A DNA stretch of 64,000 nt from positions 27,885 through 91,884 of the forward strand of contig JAVBOR010000007.1 of the NCBI GenBank assembly GCA_031550325.1, in the 5' to 3' direction. A model generated the notes under the pieces. It had not been told where the DNA came from, ran no database searches, and was given only the letters and a program-made list of their open reading frames with translations. Below, piece after piece: positions 17,660 through 27,695 of this stretch (position 1 is the first letter of the stretch; every line of letters starts with the position of its first letter). The position numbers and the translations under genes were made by a program. This stretch comes from Oscillospiraceae bacterium (GTDB lineage Bacteria; Bacillota; Clostridia; Oscillospirales; UBA929).

Positions 17660-19053
17660 GTAACGGGCTTTCGCAGGCGGAAATTGACGCCTTGCTGCGG
17701 GGAGAACCCGTTCCGGGCGTTGAACCGTCACCTCCCGAGGACGAAATTCAGCCGGGGAATGCGCTTCCATCCTCGGAAATTGCCAAGGCTTTTACCGAGG
17801 CGCAGGACGAGGAGGGCGCTGACGAAGAGGATCTGATTGAACCGATGACCCCAAGTGAGGCCAAAGCCGCTTTTGCCGCGGCCGGTCTGGAAGAGGACGG
17901 AGAGGCGCAGGAGCGCAAACCGGACGGCTTCCCGGACGTGAAGCCCGACACCAGCGGCGTACTCACTCCCATAGAGGTCGACGCTATGGGGGAGATCGGA
18001 AATATCAGCATGGGAACGTCGGCCACAACACTGTTTGCGCTGCTCAACCGCCGGGTAGATATCACGACGCCCAAGGTTTCGGTAGCGACGATGGCAGAAA
18101 TCGCCAGGACCTATCCGCTGCCGTTTGTGGCGGTTGAAGTCAAATATACCATTGGACTCGAAGGCACCAATGTCCTGTTTCTCAAACAGAGCGATGTGAA
18201 GATTATCACGGATCTGATGCTTGGCGGGGACGGCACCAATGTCTCGGGTGAGCTGACCGAGATGCACATGAGCTGCATCAGCGAGGTCATGAACCAGATG
18301 ATGGGGTCGGCGTCTACCTCACTGGCGAAAATGCTCAATAAGTCCATTGACATTTCTCCGCCGACGGCGTATCAGGTCAATCTTGCCGAACCGAAAACCT
18401 ACCCGTTTTCCGAGATGGACGATATTGTTGTGCGTACTGGTTTTGACATGGAAGTTGAGGGGCTAATCAAAAGCGAGATCATGCAGATTACCCCTGTGCC
18501 GTTTGCTAAGGAGATGGTTCGCACCTTGATGAACATCAATGCCGAGCCCGCCGCGCCCGCCGCACCGGCGCCGCAGGCCACCGCGCCGGCGCCACAGGCG
18601 CCGCAGACTCCTCCCCCGGCTGCGCCTCAAGCAGCGCCGCAGGCTGCGCCCGTCCAGGCGCAGAGGGAGTATGAGCCTCAAGCAGCGCAGTCCCACCAGT
18701 CCCCGCCTTCCCCCATGCGCCAACAGGCTGTCGATGTGCGGCCGATGCAGTACGCCTCCTTTGAAGGCAACCCTGTGGGCGAGACGGTAGGTGAGAATAT
18801 GGACCTTTTGCTGGATGTTCCCTTGCAGGTTTCGGTGGAACTCGGCAAAAGCAGGAAGTATATTAAGGAAATTCTGGACTTCAACGTCGGGACCATCATT
18901 GTGCTGGACAAAATGGCCGGCGAACTTGTGGATGTCGTTGTCAACGGAAAGCTCATCGCCAAAGGCGAGGTCGTCGTCATTGATGAAAGCTTTGGCTGCC
19001 GCATCACGGATATTATCAGCCCGTCCAAGAGGATTGTCGCTGATAGCAAGTAA
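17656..19053 (+). CDS. fliY: Flagellar motor switch phosphatase FliY (CheC-like domains plus a FliN C-terminus)
   Basis: The N-terminus is LSQAEIDALL. The CheC-like segment is GEIGNISMGTSATTLFALLNRRV. The FliN/SpoA C-terminus is LLLDVPLQVSVELGKSRKYIKEILDFNVGTIIVLDKMAGELVDVVVNGKLIAKGEVVV. Confidence 0.85.
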   Translation: MSNGLSQAEIDALLRGEPVPGVEPSPPEDEIQPGNALPSSEIAKAFTEAQDEEGADEEDLIEPMTPSEAKAAFAAAGLEEDGEAQERKPDGFPDVKPDTSGVLTPIEVDAMGEIGNISMGTSATTLFALLNRRVDITTPKVSVATMAEIARTYPLPFVAVEVKYTIGLEGTNVLFLKQSDVKIITDLMLGGDGTNVSGELTEMHMSCISEVMNQMMGSASTSLAKMLNKSIDISPPTAYQVNLAEPKTYPFSEMDDIVVRTGFDMEVEGLIKSEIMQITPVPFAKEMVRTLMNINAEPAAPAAPAPQATAPAPQAPQTPPPAAPQAAPQAAPVQAQREYEPQAAQSHQSPPSPMRQQAVDVRPMQYASFEGNPVGETVGENMDLLLDVPLQVSVELGKSRKYIKEILDFNVGTIIVLDKMAGELVDVVVNGKLIAKGEVVVIDESFGCRITDIISPSKRIVADSK

Positions 19054-19094
19054 GCTGAGTCAACTCAACCAAATCCTTGGAGGTTATTATCAAT

Positions 19095-19457
19095 ATGGGA
19101 AATCGTATTTTGGTGGTCGATGACGCCGCGTTTATGCGCATGATGATTAAAGACGTACTGACCAAAAACGGGTTCGATGTCGTTGGCGAGGCAGAAAACG
19201 GAAAGGTCGCGCTGGAGAAGTATAAGGAGCTCGATCCCGACCTGGTGATTATGGACATCACAATGCCCGAAGTCAACGGGATTGAGGCGCTGAAGAGCAT
19301 CAAGGAGCACAACGCGCAGGCCAAGGTCATTATGTGCTCGGCAATGGGCCAGCAGGCCATGGTCATCGAGGCCATCCAATCGGGCGCTAAAGACTTTATT
19401 GTCAAACCGTTTCAGGCGGATCGTGTATGTGAAGCCGTCAGAAAGGTGCTGGGGTAA
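19095..19457 (+). CDS. cheY: Chemotaxis response regulator CheY
   Basis: MGNRILVVDDAAFMR, DLVIMDITMPEVNG and KDFIVKPF form a single receiver domain of 120 aa. RBS is ggaggt. Confidence 0.85.
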   Translation: MGNRILVVDDAAFMRMMIKDVLTKNGFDVVGEAENGKVALEKYKELDPDLVIMDITMPEVNGIEALKSIKEHNAQAKVIMCSAMGQQAMVIEAIQSGAKDFIVKPFQADRVCEAVRKVLG

Positions 19458-20402
19458 GTGATCGCGGAAACACGACTTCCCCTTTTTGCCGCAAGTCTGG
19501 GATCGCAGCAGATCTTCGGGCTGGTTGTGGGTGTCGCTGTCTTTATTCTGCTTATGGCCGGTTCGTATTTTGCGCTGAAGTGGCTTTCGGGGAAGGGGTT
19601 CTCCGGGGGCAAGAGCAAATATATGAAGGTGCTTGACCGCCTTGCCATGTCTAAAGAATCCTCGTTTATTTTGCTGGAGGTCGGCTCGCGCATCTTTGCC
19701 GTGGCTGTGAGCAAGGATGGTGCCAGTGTGCTCGGCGAGCTCGACCGCGATGAGCTCGGTGCGCCACAGGCAGCCGCGCCACAGGCGGCAGCGCCGCAGA
19801 CTGCCGCCGAACAGGGGCGGCAGGCCGGCTTTGGCAAACGTATGGCGCACAACCTCAAACTCAATATGGGCCTTCTGCCCAAGGGAACGCCACCGCTTGG
19901 CCCGACGCCGCCCGGCAAGGCGCCTGAGGCGGCAGTTGTTTCTCTCGCCCCAGAGCAGCCCGCGCCGGCACAGGTCGGGCCGTCCGGGGAGACGTTCCGC
20001 GATGCGCTGGCGCAGGCCAGACAGCGTCAGCAGTTCAACCCGATTTCCTCCGCTCCCAAGAGCCAAGGAACGTCGGGTCAAACTTATGTTCAGCCGTCTG
20101 CGCCGCCGACCGGCGAGGCAGCGCGTTATGACGAGATTATCAACAATATGCGGTCGCTTGGACAACTTGACGGCGCTGCGCAGCACAAGGGCTTTACAAG
20201 GCCCGAGCCTGCGCCCGCGCCTGTTCGGGCGGCCGCCGCGCCGGACGAAGCGCCGACTGGCCCGCCGCGTGCTGCGTCTATGGAACGCCCGCCGGCCGTT
20301 GAGGCCAGCGCCGATGAAAAAATGGATCAAATGTTTGACCTGATTGCCAAACGGAAGGCCCGCTTCAGCCAGACAGGCGGGCGGGGGAAGGAAGCGCCAT
20401 GA
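19458..20402 (+). CDS. fliO: FliO/FliZ-family flagellar export protein with a long Pro/Ala-rich C-terminal extension
   Basis: It has an N-terminal TM ([22 protein letters not shown]) and a FliO core ([39 protein letters not shown]), and sits just before fliP. The remaining roughly 200 aa are low-complexity. Confidence 0.6.
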   Translation: MIAETRLPLFAASLGSQQIFGLVVGVAVFILLMAGSYFALKWLSGKGFSGGKSKYMKVLDRLAMSKESSFILLEVGSRIFAVAVSKDGASVLGELDRDELGAPQAAAPQAAAPQTAAEQGRQAGFGKRMAHNLKLNMGLLPKGTPPLGPTPPGKAPEAAVVSLAPEQPAPAQVGPSGETFRDALAQARQRQQFNPISSAPKSQGTSGQTYVQPSAPPTGEAARYDEIINNMRSLGQLDGAAQHKGFTRPEPAPAPVRAAAAPDEAPTGPPRAASMERPPAVEASADEKMDQMFDLIAKRKARFSQTGGRGKEAP

Positions 20403-21238
20403 GTCGCAGACGCCGCCTTTGCAAAAACATTGTCGTGTTTGTGTTGTCGCTGGTGCTGCTTACGGCTGGCCTGACCTGCGTCCTCGCGGCTGCCGACGTG
20501 CAAACGCCCGATGTCGTGGCGGGGGAGGGAACTGACGCCGACGTTTTCCCGTTTAATCTTCTGACGGACTTTTTGGAAACGGCGGGAGCCGAAGGCGCGT
20601 CGACCACCATTGAGCTTGTTCTGCTTTTAACGGTTCTGACGCTGGTTCCCTCCATTTTGCTGATGATGACCTCCTTCACGCGCATCGTCATCATCTTAAG
20701 CTTCACGCGCAACGCCATGGGAACCCAACAGACCCCGCCGAATCAGGTGATTCTGGGCCTTGCACTGTTCCTGACATACTTCACGATGTTCGGAACGCTC
20801 AGCCAGATCATGAATGAGGCGTGGAAGCCCTATAACGAGGGCGAGATCACGATTAACGAGGCGTTTGAGCGCGCGGTCGACCCGCTCAGGGACTTTATGT
20901 TTACCGAAATCCGCGCGCAGGGAAACAGTTCCGACCTGCGGGAGTTTATGATCATCGCCAAGATGGACATGCCTGAATCCTCAACAGATGAAATTCCCAC
21001 GCATGTGCTGATTCCGGCGTTTATCATCAGCGAGATCAAAACCGCGTTTCGCATAGGCTTTTACATCTTCATCCCGTTTATTGTTATAGATATGGTGGTC
21101 GCGTCGGCACTGATGTCCATGGGGATGATGATGCTGCCACCGGTGATGATCAGTCTGCCGTTTAAGATCATGCTCTTCGTGCTTGTCAACGGCTGGGATC
21201 TGGTCGTCGGCTCGATCGTGAAATCCTTTTCGCATTAG
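20399..21238 (+). CDS. fliP: Flagellar type III export apparatus protein FliP
   Basis: [56 protein letters not shown] is the canonical FliP core. Confidence 0.9.
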   Translation: MSRRRRLCKNIVVFVLSLVLLTAGLTCVLAAADVQTPDVVAGEGTDADVFPFNLLTDFLETAGAEGASTTIELVLLLTVLTLVPSILLMMTSFTRIVIILSFTRNAMGTQQTPPNQVILGLALFLTYFTMFGTLSQIMNEAWKPYNEGEITINEAFERAVDPLRDFMFTEIRAQGNSSDLREFMIIAKMDMPESSTDEIPTHVLIPAFIISEIKTAFRIGFYIFIPFIVIDMVVASALMSMGMMMLPPVMISLPFKIMLFVLVNGWDLVVGSIVKSFSH

Positions 21239-21284
21239 TATCTAAATACTTGCCGGTCAGTAGAGGAAAAGGGAGGCGTCTTGC

Positions 21285-21545
21285 TTGTCACAGGCGGATA
21301 TCACGAGTATCATCACCGACGCCATTATGACGATCCTGCTTGTCTCGCTTCCCATGCTGGGCATCGGCCTGGTGGTCGGCCTGATCATCTCCGTTCTGCA
21401 GGCGACCACGCAGATCAATGAGCAGACGATTGTGTTTGTCTCCAAAATTCTTTCGGTGTTTCTGGCGCTGATTGTCTTTGGCAGTTGGATGCTGACGCAG
21501 CTGCAGGACTTTACGCTGCGCGTGTTTAACCTGATTGCCTCATGA
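21285..21545 (+). CDS. fliQ: Flagellar export apparatus protein FliQ
   Basis: 86-aa two-TM protein with GLVVGLIISVLQATTQINEQTIVFVSKI. TTG start after RBS gggagg. Confidence 0.85.
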   Translation: MSQADITSIITDAIMTILLVSLPMLGIGLVVGLIISVLQATTQINEQTIVFVSKILSVFLALIVFGSWMLTQLQDFTLRVFNLIAS

Positions 21546-22330
21546 TAACGCCCGCCGACAACCTGCTGGGCTGGATGGCGCAGCTGCTGCTGATCCTCAC
21601 AAGGGTGTCCGCCATGTTTGTGCTTACGCCAATTCTTGGGCGGGGAAGCATTCCGGCCATGGTCAAGATTGGGTTTTCTCTGCTGATGGCGTTTATGCTG
21701 ATCAGTTTTTATCCGCCCCCCGAGGTTTATCCGTACCAGACCGTGCTGGCGCTTTCAATGGCCGTGCTGCTGGAACTCGTCGTGGGCTTTGTCATAGGCT
21801 TTATGACGCTTTTGTTTTTTTCCCTGGTGTACACGGCTGGGCAGGTTATCGACATGCAGATCGGGTTTACGATGGCGCAGATGTTTGACCAGACGACCAA
21901 CTCGCAGATGCCGATCACCGGAAACCTGCTCAACATCGTGATGATTCAGTGCTTCCTGGCGGCCGGCGGGCTGGGCATTTTGTTCGGCACCGTTGTGCGC
22001 ACCTTTGAGGTCATCCCCATAGGCGGCGCCGTGCTGCCCCAGCTCATCGCGCCGACGGTTGTCGGATTCTTCGCCAAAAGCTTTGTGCTGTCGCTCAATG
22101 TGGCCATGCCCGTGCTGGCCTCGGCGCTTCTGGCCGAGGTCGGGCTGGGACTGATTGTGCGTACGGCGCCCCAGATGAACGTTTTTGTCGTCGGCATTCC
22201 GATCAAGGTCATTTTGGGCCTTGTGATGCTGGCCATAACGATTCCCATGTTCGTATCGGCGACCGGGCCGATTTTTGAGCGCATGTATGAAGCGATTGAC
22301 GCGGTGACAGGGGTGATGATTCCGACATGA
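21542..22330 (+). CDS. fliR: Flagellar export apparatus protein FliR
   Basis: 262-aa polytopic protein in the fliR position, translationally coupled to fliQ and flhB. It carries the GFTMAQMFDQTTNSQMPITG motif. Confidence 0.85.
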   Translation: MITPADNLLGWMAQLLLILTRVSAMFVLTPILGRGSIPAMVKIGFSLLMAFMLISFYPPPEVYPYQTVLALSMAVLLELVVGFVIGFMTLLFFSLVYTAGQVIDMQIGFTMAQMFDQTTNSQMPITGNLLNIVMIQCFLAAGGLGILFGTVVRTFEVIPIGGAVLPQLIAPTVVGFFAKSFVLSLNVAMPVLASALLAEVGLGLIVRTAPQMNVFVVGIPIKVILGLVMLAITIPMFVSATGPIFERMYEAIDAVTGVMIPT

Positions 22331-23418
22331 CGCCTGAACAATCCGGCGGAGAAAAAACCGAGAAAGCAACACCAAAAAAGCGTGAAGACGCGCGAAAGCG
22401 TGGCCAGGTGCTCAAAAGCGCCGAAGTCAATACGGCGGTGATGACCGCGGCCAACATCGCTGCGCTGTTTGTCTTTGGCGGCTCAATGATCAACGGCATG
22501 ATGAATCTCATTGTGCGCTACTTCAACGACGTGGGTACGCAGCGGGGCTCGTTTACGGCGGCCGACATGAATGTGGTGGTCGGCCAGGCCGTGTGGGAAC
22601 TGGTGAAGATCGTCGGGCCGCTGCTGGGGGTTGCGCTGGCGGCGGGCGTCGTTGTCAATCTCGCGCAGGTGGGCTTCCTGTTCTCCGGGGAAGGGCTGAA
22701 GCCGAAGTTCAGCAAGATCAATCCCCTCCAGGGGATCAAGCGCCTTTTTTCGATGCGCAGTCTGGTAGAGATGCTCAAAGCCCTGCTCAAACTCACGATT
22801 GTCGGCGTGCTTGTGTACCAGGAGTACATGAAAAACTTCGACAAGTTCCCCGGACTGCTGAACGTCTCGATTGCCGACGCTGCCAAGACCATCGTCGATA
22901 TCTGCTTCGCGCTGGCGTTTAAGGCCATTCTGGCGCTGGTCGGGCTAGGGCTGGCAGACTATCTGTACCAGTGGTGGGAATACGAGAAAAACCTCAAAAT
23001 GTCCAAGGAAGAGGTCAAGCAGGAGTACAAGCAGCAGGAAGGCGATCCGCTGATCAAATCCAAGCGGCGCGAGCGGCAGCGCCAGATGAGCATGATGCGC
23101 ATGATGCAGGCCCTGCCCAAGGCGGACGTCGTCATCACAAACCCCACACACTACGCCATTGCGCTGCGCTACAACGAAGAGGAAAATCCCGCGCCGGTCG
23201 TGCTGGCCAAGGGGAAGGATCTCGTGGCAAAAAAGATTAAGGAAAAGGCGCGTGAGCTTGCAGTTGAAATTGTGGAAAACAAACCGGTTGCCCAGGCGCT
23301 GTTTGTTGCCTGTGAGATTGGACAGAGTATTCCGGACGATATGTTTGCCGCCGTGGCGGAAATTCTGGCGTACGTCTACAAGCTTAAAAACCCCGATCCC
23401 ATCCGCAGAAGGCGTTGA
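22327..23418 (+). CDS. flhB: Flagellar export switch protein FlhB
   Basis: N-terminus EKTEKATPKKREDARKRGQV, the autocleavage site NPTHYA, and VAKKIKEKARELAVEIVENKPVAQAL. Confidence 0.9.
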   Translation: MTPEQSGGEKTEKATPKKREDARKRGQVLKSAEVNTAVMTAANIAALFVFGGSMINGMMNLIVRYFNDVGTQRGSFTAADMNVVVGQAVWELVKIVGPLLGVALAAGVVVNLAQVGFLFSGEGLKPKFSKINPLQGIKRLFSMRSLVEMLKALLKLTIVGVLVYQEYMKNFDKFPGLLNVSIADAAKTIVDICFALAFKAILALVGLGLADYLYQWWEYEKNLKMSKEEVKQEYKQQEGDPLIKSKRRERQRQMSMMRMMQALPKADVVITNPTHYAIALRYNEEENPAPVVLAKGKDLVAKKIKEKARELAVEIVENKPVAQALFVACEIGQSIPDDMFAAVAEILAYVYKLKNPDPIRRRR

Positions 23419-23477
23419 CGCCGCGATGACCCTTTCGGTTGGTCAGGCGCGGCAGAACAGTGAAAGGTGGTGAGCGT

Positions 23478-25520
23478 GTGACCCTGACCAAGTACCGCGT
23501 GGGAGACATTGTCATTGCCGTCGTGGTGGTGGCCGTGGTGCTGATGCTCATCGTTTCACTCAACACGTTCATGCTGGACGTGATGATCGTCATCAACATC
23601 GCGCTGGCGGTTACCATTCTGCTCATCACGCTGGGAACGCGCGAAGCGCTGGACTTCTCCACGTTTCCGTCGCTTCTGCTGATTCTCACGATTTTCCGCA
23701 CGGCGCTCAACATCAGCTCGACGAGGCTGATTCTGGGCAACGGCGGCGACGCAGGGCACATGGTGGCCACGTTCGGCACATATGTCGCAGGCGGCGCGGG
23801 CATTGTGGTCGGCGTGATCATCTTCCTCATTTTGATCGTCGTTCAGTTTCTCGTCATCACCAAGGGCGCAGAGCGCGTGGCCGAGGTCGCGGCGCGGTTT
23901 ACGCTTGACGCGATGCCCGGTAAGCAGATGGCCATCGACGCCGATCTCAACTCGGGCGCCATTGATGAGGAAACTGCGCGCAAACGCCGCACCAACGTGT
24001 CGCGCGAGGCCGACTTTTACGGCAGCATGGACGGCGCGAGCAAGTTTGTCAAGGGAGACAACATCGTCGGCATCATTATCACGGCCATCAACATCATCGG
24101 TGGCATGATCATCGGCAGCATGACCGGCGTGTCCGACGTGGTCGGCACCTATGTGACCGCCGCCATCGGCGACGGGCTGTGCGCGCAGATTCCCGCGCTG
24201 ATGATCTCGACGGCGACCGGCATCATCGTGACCAAGGCCGCCAGCGACAACACCATGGGAACGGACGTGTCCCGCCAGCTCACGCAGCAGCCGTCGATTC
24301 TCATCGTTTCGGGCAGCGTACTGGCGATTATTTCGCTGATTCCGGGCATCCCGAAGATTGTCACCATTCCCATCGGCGCGGCGCTCATCGTGCTGGGCGT
24401 CATCATGGGAAAGTCCCACAAGAAGCAGGAAGTGATTGAAGAGGTTGAGGAGGTCGAACAGCAGGCGCAGGAGACGCGAAAACCCGAGAACGTCGTTTCG
24501 CTGCTGGAGGTTGACCCCATAGAGCTTGTGTTTGGATACGGCATCATTCCCATGGCCGAGACCTCGCAGGGCGGGGACCTGCTTGACCGGGTCGTGATGA
24601 TCCGGCGGCAATGCGCGATTGAGCTGGGCATGATCGTACCGGTGATCCGGCTGCGCGACAACATCCAGTTTGCCGCCAACGAGTACAGCATCGCCATCAA
24701 GGGCAACGAGGTGGCCCATGGGGAGATTGTACTTGACCACTATCTGGCGATGAACCCCGGAGACATCTCCGAGGAGATCGACGGAATCGATACGGTTGAG
24801 CCGGCGTTCGGCCTTCCGGCCAAGTGGATTTCGGGAAAACAGCGTGAAAAGGCCGAACTCATGGGCTACACCATTGTCGATCCGCCGTCGGTGATTGCCA
24901 CGCACCTGACCGAGGTTGTGCGCCGGCACGCCAACGAGCTTCTCGGCCGGCAGCAGGTGCAGGTGCTGATGGACAACCTGCGCAAGCAGCAGCCGTCGCT
25001 TGTGGATGAAATTGTACCCAAGCAGTTTACGCTGGGAGAGGTTCAGAGAATTTTGGGCAACCTATTGCGAGAGGGCGTTTCGATTCGCGACATGGGAACC
25101 ATTATCGAAACGATGGGGGATTACGGCGGCGTGACGCGCGACCCCGACATGCTCACGGAGTATGTACGCCAGGCGCTCAAACGCACGATTACGGCCAAAT
25201 TTGTACCCGATCGAAAGGCTCATGTGATTACGCTTGACCCGACCGTGGAACAGACCATTCTGGACAGCATCAGGCAGGGGGAGAGCGGCTCCTACGTTTC
25301 TCTGGAGGCCGGCGACGTGCAGAAGATCTTCAATTCGCTTCGCCGCGCGGTGGAGCGCATGAACTCCCTTGGTCTCGCGCCCATCGTACTGACCGGCCCC
25401 GTGGTGCGCTTCCACTTTAAGAAAATGACCGAGGCGCTTGCCCCGGAGCTGGTGGTTCTCTCTTACAACGAACTTGAACAAACTGTGGATATTCAGGCCG
25501 ATGGGATGGTGACACTGTGA
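23478..25520 (+). CDS. flhA: Flagellar export gate protein FlhA
   Basis: FPSLLLILTIFRTALNISSTRLIL, the FHIPEP motif region FVKGDNIVGIIITAINIIGG, and the cytoplasmic FlhAc domain. The start is taken as the GTG at 23478, after RBS aaaggtgg. Confidence 0.9.
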   Translation: MTLTKYRVGDIVIAVVVVAVVLMLIVSLNTFMLDVMIVINIALAVTILLITLGTREALDFSTFPSLLLILTIFRTALNISSTRLILGNGGDAGHMVATFGTYVAGGAGIVVGVIIFLILIVVQFLVITKGAERVAEVAARFTLDAMPGKQMAIDADLNSGAIDEETARKRRTNVSREADFYGSMDGASKFVKGDNIVGIIITAINIIGGMIIGSMTGVSDVVGTYVTAAIGDGLCAQIPALMISTATGIIVTKAASDNTMGTDVSRQLTQQPSILIVSGSVLAIISLIPGIPKIVTIPIGAALIVLGVIMGKSHKKQEVIEEVEEVEQQAQETRKPENVVSLLEVDPIELVFGYGIIPMAETSQGGDLLDRVVMIRRQCAIELGMIVPVIRLRDNIQFAANEYSIAIKGNEVAHGEIVLDHYLAMNPGDISEEIDGIDTVEPAFGLPAKWISGKQREKAELMGYTIVDPPSVIATHLTEVVRRHANELLGRQQVQVLMDNLRKQQPSLVDEIVPKQFTLGEVQRILGNLLREGVSIRDMGTIIETMGDYGGVTRDPDMLTEYVRQALKRTITAKFVPDRKAHVITLDPTVEQTILDSIRQGESGSYVSLEAGDVQKIFNSLRRAVERMNSLGLAPIVLTGPVVRFHFKKMTEALAPELVVLSYNELEQTVDIQADGMVTL

Positions 25521-26809
25521 ATGTAAAACGGTTTCTTGCCGAGACTGCGTCGGAGGCCATGAATCAGATCCGTGATGAGTTGGGCCGGGACGCGTTTATT
25601 CTCAATCAACGCACCATCCGCCGAAAAGGCCTCAAGGGTTTATTTCAAAAGCCGATGATTGAGGTTGTGGCAGCCTACGAGCCCAAATCCGAACTCAAGG
25701 AAGAACGCAGGGCCGAGCCCAACCCCATGCCGTCGCTCACACCGCCTCCCAGACGGGACGAGAAGACGCTGAAGACGGTCAACCGGTCCATGGCGGGCGC
25801 GCTCTACAAGACAACTGCCGAGCCGCAGACCGTTTTTTCGCCTGAGGCCATCGTTGACGAAGAGGTTTTCCGACCGTTCACCGCCGGAGCGCCGGTGGAA
25901 CGCGTTGCGCCCATCCAGCCCAGACGCGGAGAGGAAAAAATCGCGACGCTGGAGACCAAAATAGACAGTCTGACCGCGACCGTCAGCGCGCTGGCCGGGA
26001 AGATTCAGGTCTCGCGGGACGGGCGGTCTTATCAGCCCGAGGTCGAAGCCCTGCTGCTGCCGCTTTTGGAAAACGACGTGCACGAGGAGTTTGCGCACAA
26101 AGTGGCGCGCGAAGTGGCAGATATTTTGGGAAAGCAGGACGCCGACCCGACCGAGGTGATGGAGCAGATCCTCAAGCAGTATATTGGGGAACCTGCGCCG
26201 GTTCGGCTCAAGCGGTTTAAGCGCACGGTGGTCATGCTCGTGGGCGCCACCGGCGTGGGCAAGACGACGACGCTGGCCAAGCTGGCTGCGATTTATCAGC
26301 TCAACCATCACGCCAAGGTGGGGATCATCGCCACCGACACGTACCGCATCGCGGCGGTTGACCAGCTGAAGACGTACGCCGAGATCCTCGAGATCCCGCT
26401 TTCGATCGTCTATTCGCCGTCCGAGGTCGCCGAGGCGCTGCAGGAGCATGAGGACAAGGACATCGTGCTCATCGACACGGCAGGCAAAAGCCCCAAGGAT
26501 CCCACGCACGTTGAGGAGATCACCGAACTGATCAAATACTCCGACTGCGACGAGGTGCATCTGGTGCTGTCGGCCACCACGAGCTTTGCAGGCCTTTTGG
26601 GCATCATCCAGACCTACAGCTTTTTGCGGGACTATAAGATTTTGTTTACCAAAATGGACGAGAACCCGACATGGGGGATGCTGCTGAACACCAAGTTTCT
26701 CACTGAAAAACCCATTTCCTATGTGGCGGCCGGCCAGAACGTGCCCGACGACATAGAGGTCATGGACGCGCGCAAAATCATATCCAGATTGATAGGGCGG
26801 GAATTATGA
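25517..26809 (+). CDS. flhF: Flagellar SRP-type GTPase FlhF
   Basis: The N-terminus is VKRFLAETASEAMNQIRDELG. GTPase motifs are LVGATGVGKTTTLAKLA and DTAGK. GTG start overlaps the end of flhA. Confidence 0.85.
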   Translation: MNVKRFLAETASEAMNQIRDELGRDAFILNQRTIRRKGLKGLFQKPMIEVVAAYEPKSELKEERRAEPNPMPSLTPPPRRDEKTLKTVNRSMAGALYKTTAEPQTVFSPEAIVDEEVFRPFTAGAPVERVAPIQPRRGEEKIATLETKIDSLTATVSALAGKIQVSRDGRSYQPEVEALLLPLLENDVHEEFAHKVAREVADILGKQDADPTEVMEQILKQYIGEPAPVRLKRFKRTVVMLVGATGVGKTTTLAKLAAIYQLNHHAKVGIIATDTYRIAAVDQLKTYAEILEIPLSIVYSPSEVAEALQEHEDKDIVLIDTAGKSPKDPTHVEEITELIKYSDCDEVHLVLSATTSFAGLLGIIQTYSFLRDYKILFTKMDENPTWGMLLNTKFLTEKPISYVAAGQNVPDDIEVMDARKIISRLIGREL

Positions 26810-27693
26810 ACGATCAGGCCAGTGCCTTGCGACAAATTGTGCACAACCTCAAGCAGCAACGCTCCCGCCCGGCCGGCGAGGGGGCGCGCGTGGTGTGCGT
26901 CACAAGCGGAAAGGGCGGCGTGGGCAAGACAAGCCTGACCGTCAATCTGGCGATCTCTCTGGTGAAAAAGGGCCTGCGCGTACTTGTCATCGACGCCGAC
27001 TTCGGCCTGGCCAACGTCGACGTGATGATGGGGATCAACCCTCCATATGACCTTTCGCATGTCATCAATCTGAAAAAAGACCTCAAGGACATCATCACCG
27101 ACGCGCCCGGCGGGGTTCGCGTTGTATCGGGCGGGTCGGGGGTGTATGAACTTTTAAATTTATCCCAAACACAGCTTGCCAATGTGGTCAATCATCTGTT
27201 ATCATTAGATGACATAGCCGATGTGATCATTTTCGACACGGGCGCGGGCATCAGCAGCAGCGTGCTGCGCATGGTCACTGCCTCGAGCGAGGCCATCGTG
27301 GTGGCCACGCCCGAGCCCACCGCCATCATGGACGCCTACGCGCTTGTCAAGACCGTGGTGTCTTCCGACTCCGAGGCGCGCATCCGGCTGGTGATCAACA
27401 GAGCGGAATCCGCAGCCGAGGGCGAGGAGACGCTGGCCAAGTTCGCCGCGGTGGTGAGGCTCTATTTGAAGGTGGAGATCGAGGAACTGGGGTATGTTCT
27501 TTCCGACCCGGCGGTCGCCAAGGCCGTGCGGCTGCAAAACCCCTTCATGCTGAGCTTTCCCAAGTCGGCGGCTGCAAAGAGCATGGAAAACATCGCGTGG
27601 AAGTTTATGAACCTGGAGCAGGAAAACAGCGAACGCAAGGGACTCGGCGGTTTTTTGGCCGGGTTTATGAGAAAAAACGCAAAGGAGCGGTAA
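26806..27693 (+). CDS. flhG: MinD/ParA-type ATPase FlhG (YlxH/FleN)
   Basis: Deviant Walker A is VTSGKGGVGKTSLTVNLA. The gene follows flhF. Confidence 0.85.
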   Translation: MNDQASALRQIVHNLKQQRSRPAGEGARVVCVTSGKGGVGKTSLTVNLAISLVKKGLRVLVIDADFGLANVDVMMGINPPYDLSHVINLKKDLKDIITDAPGGVRVVSGGSGVYELLNLSQTQLANVVNHLLSLDDIADVIIFDTGAGISSSVLRMVTASSEAIVVATPEPTAIMDAYALVKTVVSSDSEARIRLVINRAESAAEGEETLAKFAAVVRLYLKVEIEELGYVLSDPAVAKAVRLQNPFMLSFPKSAAAKSMENIAWKFMNLEQENSERKGLGGFLAGFMRKNAKER

Positions 27694-27695
27694 AT

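Noticed and set aside
19065-20330. Long antisense ORFs inside flagellar and housekeeping genes (19065-20330 -, 23556-24929 -, 25640-26560 -, 28400-29506 -, 31024-31809 -, 37935-38825 -, 45168-46256 -, 56703-57791 +, 58652-59764 +, 60362-61165 +)
   Set aside because: Each is opposite a gene with strong family motifs. The translations are Arg/Gly/His/Leu-rich without recognisable domains or RBS. They are judged to be GC-driven open frames, not genes.
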